This document shows, one piece after another, positions 17,207 to 27,106 of a stretch of DNA of 64,000 bases (position 1 is the stretch's first letter; each line of letters opens with the position of its first letter). Made by a program: the position numbers and the translations under genes. The DNA lies in IMG/VR virus record IMGVR_UViG_3300050509_000221, positions 1-64,000 of that record; one strand, written 5' to 3'. A model generated the notes under the pieces. That model had not been told where the DNA came from. It made no database searches and was given only the letters and a program-made list of their open reading frames with translations. Origin of the DNA: a virus. Lineage: Duplodnaviria > Caudoviricetes.

Positions 17207-20178
17207 CAGCCACCACTCCGCGACAGCCGGAAGAAGTCCAGGTCGCTGACAACTTGCCGTGCGTCGATCGTGAGGTTCGCCCCGTCAAGTGGGCCTCGTT
17301 TCCCCACGCCGCCCACGATGCGGTCCGCGAGACGGTCGAGGTCAACCGGCGGTAGGCCGCCAGTCGCGGGGGTGACGGCGTGCAGTGCCGGTTGCTTCAC
17401 GGCGCCGAGCATCGACGCCACCTCCGCCGGGATCGTGTCTCGTCCTGCGAGCATGTCGCGGGACACCACGAACTCACCCGGCGACAGCCGTGCAGGGACG
17501 ATGTCGCCCGCGCCGATCTGTCCACCGACCCAACCGCCCTTCGAGTAGAACCCCTCCGGCGCGTACGTGTAGTCGTCGAAGACGGAGAAGTCGACGACGA
17601 CGTTCGTTTTCCGGTTCTCTGGGATCGCGTAGAGGCGTCCGATGTACTGCTCGATGAACTGCCGCAGGGGCGAGTCGGGAGCGAGGCCGTTCGCGAGGTT
17701 CTGGAGGTAGCCGACCTGCGCGTTGATCCCTGCCGCGTGCGCGGCGGCGGCACCTTGGCCTGCGGCGTCCTTCTCGGCTTTCGCGCCGAGCTGCACTGCG
17801 GCACGCAACGTCGATTCCTCCACGTCGCGTGACGCACGAGCGACTTCCTCATTCGCCTCGGCGTTCTCGCCACCCGCGATCGCCGCTGCGTACCACGCCC
17901 CGTTCAGACGTTCCTGAGCGTCTTCTTGCGCGTCGACCGCGCGTGACGCCGCGAACCCCGCGTCGTACTGCGCGAGGAGCGCGTCCGACGCGGCGTCGAG
18001 AATGCGGATCTGGTCCTCGTACGACCCGGTCAAGAACTCGACAGACGTCGTGAGTGTCTCGACAGCGCCACGCTGCGACTGCGTGACCGCCACGTCATCC
18101 GCGCCGGCCTTCGTGCGGTCACGTTGGGTGCGCGCCGCCGCGGCGTACTTGTCGGCCAACCCCGCGATGGTCTTTGCGAGAGCAGGACTCAAGTTGTTCT
18201 CTTCGGATAGTTGGCGGAGTTGCTGCGCGAGGTGCGGGTTCCCGCGGGCGATCTCGTCGATGTACTCGGCCTGACGTTGACGCACGTTCCGCAGTCGTGT
18301 CTCGCTGAGGTCCCGCAAGCCGTTCTCGGTGGTCAGGATCTCGCGCTTCCCGACGGCCTGACCGATCTCGATCTCGGTCTCATGGATCAGGCCTCGAAGC
18401 GCGTCGCGTTGACGTTCCGTCGTCGTGGTCGTGGACGACAACACCTGATCGAGGGTGAGGCCCGCCTGTCCCAGCTCGCCGAGCTGCCCGCGGGCCTCGA
18501 AGAACGACCGGGCAGCCTTGACGCCCGTCTCGGTGAGTTCACCGTTCGCGTCTTCGAGCGCACCTTGGAAGGTGTCCAGCTCGTCGGAACCCTCCTCGAC
18601 GGTCTCGTTGAAGAGCCCGAGACCAACCGCGGCGGTGACCGCGACGCCAGCGACGATGCCAAGCGGACCGAGGAACGCGTTGATCCCCGCACCACCGACC
18701 GCCGCCGCCTTGATCGACTCAAGGCCGGTCTTCACGAAGTCGAGCACCGCGGGGACACCCTCCGCGACAGCCTTGAAGGTGACGAACCCGGCGATGCCCG
18801 GCCCAAGCGCCGGGGAAATCAGGCCAAGTCCGGATGCCACCGCGGGGAGCACCGTCCCGGCAAGTTGGCCGAGGGGTTCCAGGACGGACTGCACGACAGG
18901 CCGCGCGGCGCGCAAGGTCTCCAGGGTTGGGCTGACAAGCGGCCGGCCGATCTCCGTCGCGGTCGACGCGAACTCGCGGCCCAACGAGCGGACCTCGAGC
19001 AGCGAGTTCCGCGACCCGGCCTCGATGTCCGACGCGAGCCGGCCACCGAGTCGTTCCGACGCGAGCGACGCGCCTGCCATGGCCTTGTCCGCGGCGGTGA
19101 TCTCCTCGCGTCCGTCCGCGAGGGCGAGGGTCGCGGCACGCTGGTTGATCTCGATGCCAGAGATACCGAGCGAGAACGGCAGCAACGCCCGGTCCCGACC
19201 GGACGCAAGCGCCCGGATCATGGTCTCGGCAACGTCGCCGGTCTGACCGAGGTTGGGGTTCAGCGCGACAGCACGGGCCGACAGGGCGAGGATCTCGGCG
19301 GAGAAGTCGGCGGACTCCTCACGTCCATGCCCGAACGATGTCCCAAGCTGGAACGCGTCGGCTGCTGCGTTGCGCATCCCGGACCCACTGGAGCCCGTCT
19401 TGACGGCAAGGTCGGCGAGTTCGATGTTGAGGCTGCCGACCTTGATCGTCTCGACCCGTGACGCGAGGGCACCCATCGTCGAGTCGAGCCGCTGTGATGC
19501 TCCCTCGGCGGAGATCGCCCCGGCGGTGAAGCCACCGAGGGTGACGACACCCGCGGCGAGGACCGTGCCGACCGAGCCGCCCTTCCCGACCAGGTTCGCG
19601 GCGGAACCGGCAAGTGCGTCCACTGAACCGGACGCCAACGAGCTCGACGTCGACACAGCGGCCGCGGCGGCGCTGGTGCCCGACAGGGACTCCTCGGCGG
19701 CGCCACCACTGCCCGCGAGGCCGTCAAGGGATTCCTCGGCGTCGGTGGTGTCCGCAGTGACCGGCACCTCAACGCTGGTGGCTTCTGCGCTGGTGACGAA
19801 CCCGGCGACTTCGGCCTCAGCCGGCCCCGTGTCAGCGGTGACAGGCACGGACGGGGTCACCCCTGCGAGTGCCTCATCGACTTCTCCGGGGAGCTGTGTG
19901 GCGTCGCCCTCAACGACGACGGTGCCGTCCGTGGCCTCGAGTGCGGTCTCGATCTCGCCGGGTACCGCGGAGGCGTCCGCGGTGACAGGCACATCCGCGA
20001 GGGCATCCGCGAGGAGGTCACCGATCTGGCCGGACGCGGTCGTGAACTGGGCCCGGAACGACTCGACCGCGCCACCAAGCGCCGCTTCAAGGGCTTCGCC
20101 GGCTTCCTGCGCGAGCCGGTCCGCGTCGCGCAACGCATCGGAGATATCGAGGCCGACTCCTTCCTCGAGGCCCGCCAC
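17206..20178 (-). CDS. Tape measure protein
   Basis: 990 aa, Ala/Gly-rich, after the chaperones; C-terminal SKGG...ARLSPGEFVV. Confidence 0.9.
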   Translation of the reverse strand: MAGLEEGVGLDISDALRDADRLAQEAGEALEAALGGAVESFRAQFTTASGQIGDLLADALADVPVTADASAVPGEIETALEATDGTVVVEGDATQLPGEVDEALAGVTPSVPVTADTGPAEAEVAGFVTSAEATSVEVPVTADTTDAEESLDGLAGSGGAAEESLSGTSAAAAAVSTSSSLASGSVDALAGSAANLVGKGGSVGTVLAAGVVTLGGFTAGAISAEGASQRLDSTMGALASRVETIKVGSLNIELADLAVKTGSSGSGMRNAAADAFQLGTSFGHGREESADFSAEILALSARAVALNPNLGQTGDVAETMIRALASGRDRALLPFSLGISGIEINQRAATLALADGREEITAADKAMAGASLASERLGGRLASDIEAGSRNSLLEVRSLGREFASTATEIGRPLVSPTLETLRAARPVVQSVLEPLGQLAGTVLPAVASGLGLISPALGPGIAGFVTFKAVAEGVPAVLDFVKTGLESIKAAAVGGAGINAFLGPLGIVAGVAVTAAVGLGLFNETVEEGSDELDTFQGALEDANGELTETGVKAARSFFEARGQLGELGQAGLTLDQVLSSTTTTTERQRDALRGLIHETEIEIGQAVGKREILTTENGLRDLSETRLRNVRQRQAEYIDEIARGNPHLAQQLRQLSEENNLSPALAKTIAGLADKYAAAARTQRDRTKAGADDVAVTQSQRGAVETLTTSVEFLTGSYEDQIRILDAASDALLAQYDAGFAASRAVDAQEDAQERLNGAWYAAAIAGGENAEANEEVARASRDVEESTLRAAVQLGAKAEKDAAGQGAAAAHAAGINAQVGYLQNLANGLAPDSPLRQFIEQYIGRLYAIPENRKTNVVVDFSVFDDYTYAPEGFYSKGGWVGGQIGAGDIVPARLSPGEFVVSRDMLAGRDTIPAEVASMLGAVKQPALHAVTPATGGLPPVDLDRLADRIVGGVGKRGPLDGANLTIDARQVVSDLDFFRLSRSGG

Positions 20179-20179
20179 G

Positions 20180-20446
20180 TCAGTTCACCTCGATCACGCG
20201 TGCGACACCTACGGGTGCGGTCGGGTCGTGCGGGAGGATGAGTTGCGCGGTACCACCCGGCTGCTCTTCGTCGGAGCCGAGCAGGCTGCCGATCTGCCAG
20301 AGCTCCATCTCGCCAATCACTGGGGGGAACAGCCCGACGGGGGCCAAGGCCCGGTAGACGAGCGCGAGGATGCCCTTGACGCCCGGCAGCGACGAGGGTG
20401 GGAGTGGTTCGCCGTCTCCACCGCGGCCTCTCAGCCAGTCAAAGGG
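20180..20446 (-). CDS. Tail assembly chaperone -1 frame extension (gpGT-like)
   Basis: Frame opens at the slippery site and reads PFDWLRG... up to the tape measure start. Confidence 0.75.
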   Translation of the reverse strand, partial: PFDWLRGRGGDGEPLPPSSLPGVKGILALVYRALAPVGLFPPVIGEMELWQIGSLLGSDEEQPGGTAQLILPHDPTAPVGVARVIEVN

Positions 20447-20799
20447 AGGGCCATCCAGTGCGCGTTCAGCCGGATCGCGAACTTGGCGTCGATCATCCAG
20501 CCCGGCAGGTCGGTTTGCGCGATGGGTTGGCCGCCGAGCTCGTCGAGGATGCGGGTGTAGAGCGCCTTGTACGGGGTGGGTTCCGCGACGAGGAGACGCA
20601 TCGGGCGGGGTTCGCGGTCCTTCGCGTCGATCTCTGGCTGCGTGAGCCACTCGTCGGCGGCTTCGAGTTCCTCGATGTAGGAACCCCACTCCTTCGCCTT
20701 CGGGCGCCTGAGCTCGACCTGGAAGTCGTCCCACTTGACGAGCACCGTCCCGTCCGAGCGCAGCGTGAGCGCGTCAGCCTGTTTCTCCTCGCCCGCCAT
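20431..20799 (-). CDS. Tail assembly chaperone (gpG-like)
   Basis: RBS GGAGG; position before tape measure. Confidence 0.75.
   Translation of the reverse strand: MAGEEKQADALTLRSDGTVLVKWDDFQVELRRPKAKEWGSYIEELEAADEWLTQPEIDAKDREPRPMRLLVAEPTPYKALYTRILDELGGQPIAQTDLPGWMIDAKFAIRLNAHWMALPLTG
20440..20446 (-). promoter_or_regulatory. -1 ribosomal frameshift heptamer C CCT TTG
   Basis: X XXY YYZ pattern two sense codons before the chaperone stop. Confidence 0.75.
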
Positions 20800-20894
20800 G
20801 CGGTACCTCCTCGTACGCCGACGACGTGAGCGTGACGTGAGCGTAGATGGCGGATCGCGGCAGCGGCGGACTGCGCCTGCCACACTGTGTGACC

Positions 20895-21194
20895 ATGCGA
20901 CGATTCACCGTGGCTGTCTGCGTCGTGGTGTTCCTCCTCGCCGCGTGCAACGGCAGCTCAACCGGCGATGGCGACGACGCGGTCGAGCAGTACCGCAAGG
21001 CGTTCGTCGCCCGCTCAGGACACCCGATCGAGGACGAAGCGGCGTTCAAGCGGGTCGTCGCCGCGGCACGGGACACCTGTGACCTCGGTGACAGGGAACT
21101 CGAGGAGCAGTACGCACTTGCTGGCGGTCAGCGCGGCTACTTCCGTGACGAGGTCAAGGCGTTCTGCCCCGACCGGCTCGACGACCTCAGCTAG
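20895..21194 (+). CDS. Lipoprotein (moron, DUF732-like)
   Basis: Signal peptide with lipobox LAAC; opposite strand within tail operon. Confidence 0.7.
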   Translation: MRRFTVAVCVVVFLLAACNGSSTGDGDDAVEQYRKAFVARSGHPIEDEAAFKRVVAAARDTCDLGDRELEEQYALAGGQRGYFRDEVKAFCPDRLDDLS

Positions 21195-21699
21195 CCGACC
21201 ACGCTCTCCACTGCGCCCGGACCTTCCACTCGATTCCCGCGCAGCCCCCCGCAGGCTTCCGTGGTGTCGCGCCGAGGAGTTCGAGACCCGCGCAGCCCGC
21301 GAGGTGTTCGGCGAGGGTCCCGGCGCAGATCGCGGTGAGGAGCGCCGTGGTTATGCAGTCGAGGTCGAGCGCGAGTCCGGCTGCTGCGCTGTCGGCCTTC
21401 GCGTCGTCGAACGTGCCGTCGTCGTTGAGGGTTGGGAAGCACCGGTAGAGCCGCAGGCACACGTCGGCTGAGGGCCGCCCGGGGGGCTTCGTGACTCCGG
21501 CGGGGATGCCGGTGCGGTCGATTGTGACCGGGTTCCAGTGGCAGGTGAGGAGTCCGTGGTCACAGCAGGACTGCACGGCGATGTCACCGTGGTACCGGAT
21601 CCGTTTCGTCGCGTCAGGTACCGGCCGTCCGCATGCGGTGAGCGCGGCGGCAGCAAGGTCGAGGTGTGCCTGCTCGAGCTCGGCGAGACCCCCAGCCAT
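21187..21699 (-). CDS. Tail terminator / minor tail protein
   Basis: Position after neck genes. Confidence 0.6.
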   Translation of the reverse strand: MAGGLAELEQAHLDLAAAALTACGRPVPDATKRIRYHGDIAVQSCCDHGLLTCHWNPVTIDRTGIPAGVTKPPGRPSADVCLRLYRCFPTLNDDGTFDDAKADSAAAGLALDLDCITTALLTAICAGTLAEHLAGCAGLELLGATPRKPAGGCAGIEWKVRAQWRAWSAS

Positions 21700-21701
21700 G
21701 T

Positions 21702-22094
21702 TCAGTGTCCGATCACGCGGGCGACGTACTCACGCCAACGGGTGACCTTCGACGTCCACCAGTCGGTGCGGGGCACACCACTGGTCGACTTCACGAAAAC
21801 CTCCGAGCCGTCTGAGGCGACGAACCGCAACGCCTTCACCCGCACCGGCAGGATTGGGCCTGGGACACCTTCGTCTTGGTAGGAGGCGTATTCGGCGGGG
21901 GCGCGGAGGTGACGGGCGATCGTCGTGGGGCTGTCGTTCTCGGTGATGGTGATGTCGTTCACCATCGACCCGGTACGTCGCGGTGCATCCTTCTCCATGT
22001 CGAGGAGCATCGCCAGGACAGCGTCGTCGGCTCGACGGGCGAACAGCTCGCGTACGGCGTCTTGGAGGCCACGCGGGTCGACCTTGACGGCCAT
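21702..22094 (-). CDS. HK97 gp10-like neck protein
   Basis: APRRTGSM...AEYASYQDEG...KALRF motif. Confidence 0.7.
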   Translation of the reverse strand: MAVKVDPRGLQDAVRELFARRADDAVLAMLLDMEKDAPRRTGSMVNDITITENDSPTTIARHLRAPAEYASYQDEGVPGPILPVRVKALRFVASDGSEVFVKSTSGVPRTDWWTSKVTRWREYVARVIGH

Positions 22095-22315
22095 CAGGCA
22101 CACTCACCGCAGCCGACGCGGCCGGTCTGTGGGCATGGACGCCCAGGGGACCCTTCGAGCGACACGTGGACACACAAGCCGCCGTCCGAGCAGGGGCAGC
22201 GTGGGGTGCCATGCGGGCACGGGCCACACGCACCAAGGACCGGAGCGTCGCCACGGCGACGGCGATCCGCGCGGATGCCGAGGCCGAGCATGCCGACGGT
22301 GCCGACTGCGGTCAT
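22094..22315 (-). CDS. Small Cys-rich protein (73 aa)
   Basis: ATGA and TGATG overlaps; 8 Cys. Confidence 0.5.
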   Translation of the reverse strand: MTAVGTVGMLGLGIRADRRRRGDAPVLGACGPCPHGTPRCPCSDGGLCVHVSLEGSPGRPCPQTGRVGCGECA

Positions 22316-23001
22316 GTTCCGGTCCGCCACGCGCCCGGTGCTGCGTTACCTGGGTCGAAGATCCCGCCGCCGCAACGGTGCCGGGCAACCCAGTTGTCGA
22401 CGAGTTGGATCCCGACCGTTTCGCCCGGCTTCGGGGGCGCGAGGTTGATCGTGACCCCTTCACGCGAGATCGCTTCGGCGTTCGATGGGGGTGCCCCGCA
22501 GGAGTCGACGACGTCGTGGGCGAGTTTGCAGGCGAGGGCTTGCGCGGCGAGGACACCCATCGCGGGGACCGCGACGCCTTGGGTCCAGGTGACGGTCACA
22601 CCGTCGTCGGTGTCGAAGTGCTGACAGGCCGGCCAGTCGTCGCCGTCGACACGGACGAGGTACCGCCACTCGTCCACCCGGTACGCGTCAGCGTCGAGGG
22701 TGACACCATCGACAACGACTGTGGTGACCGCGGCGACGGGGGTGGTGCCGAGGTCGAGGTACGGGTACCGGCCGCACGCGCAGTGCGGGTTCTTGTGTCG
22801 GCAGCACACCATCGGCCGGGCGGTGACGGTGCAAACCCCGAACTGGCGGCACGTTTCCTCGTAGAGCCAGTCGGACGCCGCGGTGACGATGAGACCTTGG
22901 AGGGTCTCGGTGTCCATCGGTAGTTCGGACAGGTCGATGTCGCACGGCAGGTCACACCAGGCAACCCACGCGTCGCATGCGCCCGTGGCGGGTGCTGGCA
23001 T
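22312..23001 (-). CDS. Head-to-tail adaptor
   Basis: Typical actinophage adaptor: VVDGVTLD...YRVD...LVRVDG..WP.CQ. Confidence 0.75.
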   Translation of the reverse strand: MPAPATGACDAWVAWCDLPCDIDLSELPMDTETLQGLIVTAASDWLYEETCRQFGVCTVTARPMVCCRHKNPHCACGRYPYLDLGTTPVAAVTTVVVDGVTLDADAYRVDEWRYLVRVDGDDWPACQHFDTDDGVTVTWTQGVAVPAMGVLAAQALACKLAHDVVDSCGAPPSNAEAISREGVTINLAPPKPGETVGIQLVDNWVARHRCGGGIFDPGNAAPGAWRTGT

Positions 23002-23027
23002 CGGCCCTCCTCAGCCGTGAACGGGTT

Positions 23028-23073
23028 GGGTCCCGGCCGCTCCCACGTGGGGAGAAGGAGGTGGCCGGGACCC
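23028..23073 (-). terminator. Stem-loop after major tail gene
   Basis: 11-bp inverted repeat GGGTCCCGGCC/GGCCGGGACCC. Confidence 0.5.
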
Positions 23074-23093
23074 TTCCCTCCTCGGGTGCTCCG

Positions 23094-23774
23094 TCAGGAC
23101 TGCGACGGCGTCGTGACGTAGCCGCAGTCCACCGACGCTGTCGGCAGGCCCGTGTCTTCGATGACGAACCGTGCCTTGTTCGGGATCGCGAGCACCGACG
23201 ACGGCCAGTCGTTGAAGGGACCGTTGCCGGCACCGTCGTTGACGCGGGCGTACCCCTTGAGCACCATGTGGTTCGCGCCGGCCTTCATCTCCCCGTCGGT
23301 CGGGTTGAAGACGACCTTGGTGAACACGACCCGGTGGTACGGGTTCGTGGCGTCGAGCTGCGCGCATTCCTGGTTCTCGCCCCACGCCTCGAGGACGACC
23401 CCGGTCTTCGCGGTGACCGTCCCACACGCCGTGTCGACCGTGTCGGCTGCGCCGAGGACCGTGGCGCCGTTCGTGATGAGCTGCGCGCCGTATGCGAGTT
23501 CACGCAGCTCGTAGCTGGACACGAGGAGGTCGAGTTCGACGTTGAAGCCGGCGAGCTTGTCGTCGTAGTCGCGCACGACAGCGAGGTTCCCGCAGCCGTC
23601 CTTGTCGCGGATCTTGTCACCCGCGACGATGTCGGCCGTCCACTTGAGGACACCGATGCCGCCCTGCTGGGAGATCGCACCCGCGGTGTGGTTCGAGATC
23701 GGTGCGCCAGACGCGTTGAGTCGCGAGAGACGCACCGCGCAGATCGACATGGGGGAACGGCAACCAGAGGCCAT
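23094..23774 (-). CDS. Major tail protein
   Basis: Size, position and composition of an actinophage tail tube protein. Confidence 0.75.
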   Translation of the reverse strand: MASGCRSPMSICAVRLSRLNASGAPISNHTAGAISQQGGIGVLKWTADIVAGDKIRDKDGCGNLAVVRDYDDKLAGFNVELDLLVSSYELRELAYGAQLITNGATVLGAADTVDTACGTVTAKTGVVLEAWGENQECAQLDATNPYHRVVFTKVVFNPTDGEMKAGANHMVLKGYARVNDGAGNGPFNDWPSSVLAIPNKARFVIEDTGLPTASVDCGYVTTPSQS

Positions 23775-23908
23775 GGTGGCTCCTTAGGGGCGTCGCCGGG
23801 GAACGGCGACGGGGCGGGGCGGGACCTTCCGGGGGCCGTCCGAGGACTGGCTCTCCCGACGATCGGGGACGGGCTTCGCGGCGGGCTGTCCGCAGCCGCA
23901 ACCCACGG

Positions 23909-24337
23909 TCAGGTGTCCTGTCCGTCGGTGTCGACGACAGCGACACCCGCGTCGATGAGGGGCTGCACGTCACGGTCGTACGCCTGCTGCTCGGCGACGA
24001 GCTGCTGGGACTCGTAGTGATCGAGGCCGGGGGTGCGTTCCCCGAGTTGGCTGTCGGCGCTGGCCGGCGCACGGTACGGGTCGGCTTCGAGTTCGCCGAT
24101 GTACTGCTCGAGTTCGGCGAGCTTCGCGTCCGCCGCGGCGAGTGCCGCTTCGAGCTCTTCGACGTGGACCTCGAGCGCCGCGATGCGTTCGGCGTCGGCC
24201 GCGTCATCGACCGGGGCTGGCTCGGCGACGTCTGCTGGCGGGTCGGTAGGCACGACCGGTTCCGTGGAACCCTGGTCATCGGCCAGGGTGTCGTCGGCCG
24301 GTACGTCGGGGGTGTCGTCGCTCATCGTGTCTCCCAT
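23909..24337 (-). CDS. Acidic coiled-coil protein
   Basis: Asp/Pro-rich N-terminus plus heptad repeat. Confidence 0.65.
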   Translation of the reverse strand: MGDTMSDDTPDVPADDTLADDQGSTEPVVPTDPPADVAEPAPVDDAADAERIAALEVHVEELEAALAAADAKLAELEQYIGELEADPYRAPASADSQLGERTPGLDHYESQQLVAEQQAYDRDVQPLIDAGVAVVDTDGQDT

Positions 24338-25227
24338 CACGCGGGCAGTTCGTTCGCGTACGTCGGGGCCTGCACCGCGATGGCGAACACGCAGCACGGG
24401 TCGAACCGGTGAATCGCTTGACGCAACGCCCAGTCGAGGTACTTGTTGAGCCGCGGGTTGTTCAGCACGTCACCCACCGCGACCTCCGGGGCGGACAGGG
24501 CGTACTCGACAGGCCCGGAGATGTAGACCCACGCGTCTTCGTCGCCGTCTTCGCCGTCGTCGGGCACCGCGGCGAGCGGGTAGCCAGGGCCGGGTGAGAC
24601 GAGGGACCCGACCGGGCCGTGGAGGACATCGCCGATCTGGGCGACGACACCATGCGCGAGGAGGTCAGTCACGACCGACGGGGCGGCGTGAATGATGGGG
24701 CCGTTGCGTCCGTCTCCGCTTTGCTGCGTACACGCCGACCAGGCGTCGAGGAGGAGACCGACCGCGCGGACAGGATGGACCGGGGTGGCTTCGCTGATGT
24801 CCGACGCGGTCGACACCAGCGATGGGTTCTCGTCTTCGGTGTCGCCGACCATGAGCTCGCGTGACACGTGCCATGCGCTCGCCGCGTCGAGCGCAGCCAG
24901 CGACGCTTGCGTGAACGCCGGTTCGCCCTCGGGACCGTCGGGGAGAACCCAGTCACACTCGTACGGCAGGTACACGTCGTACGGGTAGAACGCGACCCGA
25001 CTGGTCGGGGTGTCGTCGTCGAGGCCTTCCATGTCGCCCGACGCGCAGAACTCACGCCGGTACGCCGGCCCGGCGTCACCAGCACCGCAGGTGACGAGGG
25101 GACGCCACGCAATGCCGGAACCCCAACGGGCCCCCGGGGGAAGTGCACGCGCGACGGACAGCAGCGATGCCGTGCCACGCACCGGCGCGATACCGACGAT
25201 CGGCTCGAACCCTGCTCCCTTCGCCAC
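24337..25227 (-). CDS. Second capsid-type protein (minor or pentamer-like capsid)
   Basis: Directly follows the MCP; ~300 aa with RW..G..W and A.E motifs like actinophage capsid paralogs. Confidence 0.55.
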   Translation of the reverse strand: MAKGAGFEPIVGIAPVRGTASLLSVARALPPGARWGSGIAWRPLVTCGAGDAGPAYRREFCASGDMEGLDDDTPTSRVAFYPYDVYLPYECDWVLPDGPEGEPAFTQASLAALDAASAWHVSRELMVGDTEDENPSLVSTASDISEATPVHPVRAVGLLLDAWSACTQQSGDGRNGPIIHAAPSVVTDLLAHGVVAQIGDVLHGPVGSLVSPGPGYPLAAVPDDGEDGDEDAWVYISGPVEYALSAPEVAVGDVLNNPRLNKYLDWALRQAIHRFDPCCVFAIAVQAPTYANELPA

Positions 25228-25273
25228 GCGTTCACCTCCTCCCGAGAGTCGTGTTCTTCTCCGACCGGACGGG

Positions 25274-27106
25274 TCAGCTCGCGGTGGTCGGGCAGGAGAA
25301 CGCGGTGGTCAGCGCGGCGCGGGTGCCGTTCGGGCACACGGTGAGATGCAACGTGTACGCCGGGTGGCAGCCGTGCTTCGCGAGACCGACGTACTCCTCC
25401 TGGAACCACTGGAGCTGGTTGCGTCGCGCGAGGTCGGGGGACGTCTGGACGCCGGTCTCGATCTCACCGGTCGAGAAGTACAGGAACGACTCGGGGGCGA
25501 GCAGCCGGGCCTTGAAGGGACGTGTGGTCCCACCGAGGCCGGGCAACGCGACCTTCCCTGCGGTGCCTGCGGTGGGCAGCGACGCGAACGGCGTCTGCCC
25601 GGCGGTCTCGATGTCGTCGAGGTCCACGACTCGGACGTTCTTGCCGGCGTCGCTGCACGACTGCTCGATGTACGCGGCGATCTCGCCTCGCTGCGACTGG
25701 TCCAGGTACGCCTGGTTCTCCCGGTCGATGACGAGCGCGGAGAGCAGCCCGGGCGGGGCGTAGAACACGTACGGGGCGTCGTCGAGACGCTCCGGGTACT
25801 CGCCCTGCTCGAGCGTCGTCAGGATGACCTGCACGATGCCGGGCAGCGCCCCGTACGGGGTCGCGGCCTCGAAGTGGTGCGAGAACGTGTCGGCGATCTG
25901 GAGCAGCCGGCCGGTCTTCGTGCGGGCCTTCTGCGCCTTGATCTTCGACATGGCGTCCCGGATGCGTTCCTGGTTGCTCATGTCGGTCGTCCGGTCGAAG
26001 TACATGCACGCCGTGATCGCTTCCGCGGTGACGGACAGCGGCGACGGGCACGTCACCTGGACGCACGGCTTCCACGTACCGACGGTGCCGGCCACGACGT
26101 TGCTCTGGTCGGTCTCGTCCCACACGTCGACACCCGACGAGATGGCCGAGAGACCCATCGACGGGGTGTACGTGAAGCCGAGCCGCCCGGCGGGCCGCAT
26201 GGGCAGCGAGTCGGAGAACGGCTCGGTGGACTGCACGCAGTCCGGGATGTCACGCAGCGGCTCGTACGGGGTGCAGATCGCCGCGACACGGGACTCGGGG
26301 GCACGGGCGGCGTCCCACCGGGCACGCCACTCGGCGTTCGCTTCGCGGATCATCCGGTCGGTCTCCACCGCCGACTGCGAGAGACGCTCGACGCCCATCG
26401 TGTTCGGGTCGGCGTCGTAGCCGGCGATGGCCGCGATGCGGGCGGTGGCCTTCTCGGCCGGGTTGCCCTGGAGGACCTGGCCGCGCGCGGACTGGAACGC
26501 GACGGCGAGCTGCTCGTAGTCGACACCGCCGTCGCTGTCCATCACGGTCGCCGCGCCGAGACCCGCCGTGACCGCGAGGGGCGTGACCGGACGGTGACCG
26601 GCGGGGCCGCCGGGCGGGGGTGGCGACGCAGGGTCGGTGACCTGGGCCAGTTCGGCTTCGGTGATCGCAGCGACGACCGGGACCGGCTCGGCCTCCACCG
26701 GTGCGGGCTCCGCGGCCGGCTCGGCTGCTTCCGCGGCGGGGGCTTCTGGCGCGACGGCAGGTTCGGGGAGCGGCTCCGCGAACGTGATCTCGTTCAGCGC
26801 ACCGATCGCTTCGGCTTCGACGGTGGTGACGGCCGTGGCCTGCTCCGTGACCTGACGCCACTCGTCGGCGATCTCGCGGGCCCGGAGGACACCGATGCCG
26901 GGCGTGCGGGCTTCGGTCTCCAGGTGGGCGCGGTACGCGGTGAGCGACTGGCGGAGCTCGCCGAGTTGCTCGACACTCAACGCGTCGAGGGACTCGGGGA
27001 CCTCGGGACGGGTCGGCGTGGTGGGCTCGCCGTCGCCGCCGCGGACACCATGCTCGAAGATTGAACGGTGGCGGGGGCTGAGGCCGGTGAGGTCGAAGCG
27101 GTCCAT
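25274..27106 (-). CDS. Major capsid protein with N-terminal scaffold region
   Basis: RBS GAGGAG; coiled-coil and Pro/Ala/Glu-rich N-terminus followed by a capsid-like domain. Confidence 0.8.
   Translation of the reverse strand: MDRFDLTGLSPRHRSIFEHGVRGGDGEPTTPTRPEVPESLDALSVEQLGELRQSLTAYRAHLETEARTPGIGVLRAREIADEWRQVTEQATAVTTVEAEAIGALNEITFAEPLPEPAVAPEAPAAEAAEPAAEPAPVEAEPVPVVAAITEAELAQVTDPASPPPPGGPAGHRPVTPLAVTAGLGAATVMDSDGGVDYEQLAVAFQSARGQVLQGNPAEKATARIAAIAGYDADPNTMGVERLSQSAVETDRMIREANAEWRARWDAARAPESRVAAICTPYEPLRDIPDCVQSTEPFSDSLPMRPAGRLGFTYTPSMGLSAISSGVDVWDETDQSNVVAGTVGTWKPCVQVTCPSPLSVTAEAITACMYFDRTTDMSNQERIRDAMSKIKAQKARTKTGRLLQIADTFSHHFEAATPYGALPGIVQVILTTLEQGEYPERLDDAPYVFYAPPGLLSALVIDRENQAYLDQSQRGEIAAYIEQSCSDAGKNVRVVDLDDIETAGQTPFASLPTAGTAGKVALPGLGGTTRPFKARLLAPESFLYFSTGEIETGVQTSPDLARRNQLQWFQEEYVGLAKHGCHPAYTLHLTVCPNGTRAALTTAFSCPTTAS

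Noticed and set aside
25010-27064. Long plus-strand ORFs (also 8756-10093, 18211-20560, 35309-36628)
   Set aside because: Antisense shadows of real high-GC genes, with no recognisable motifs.
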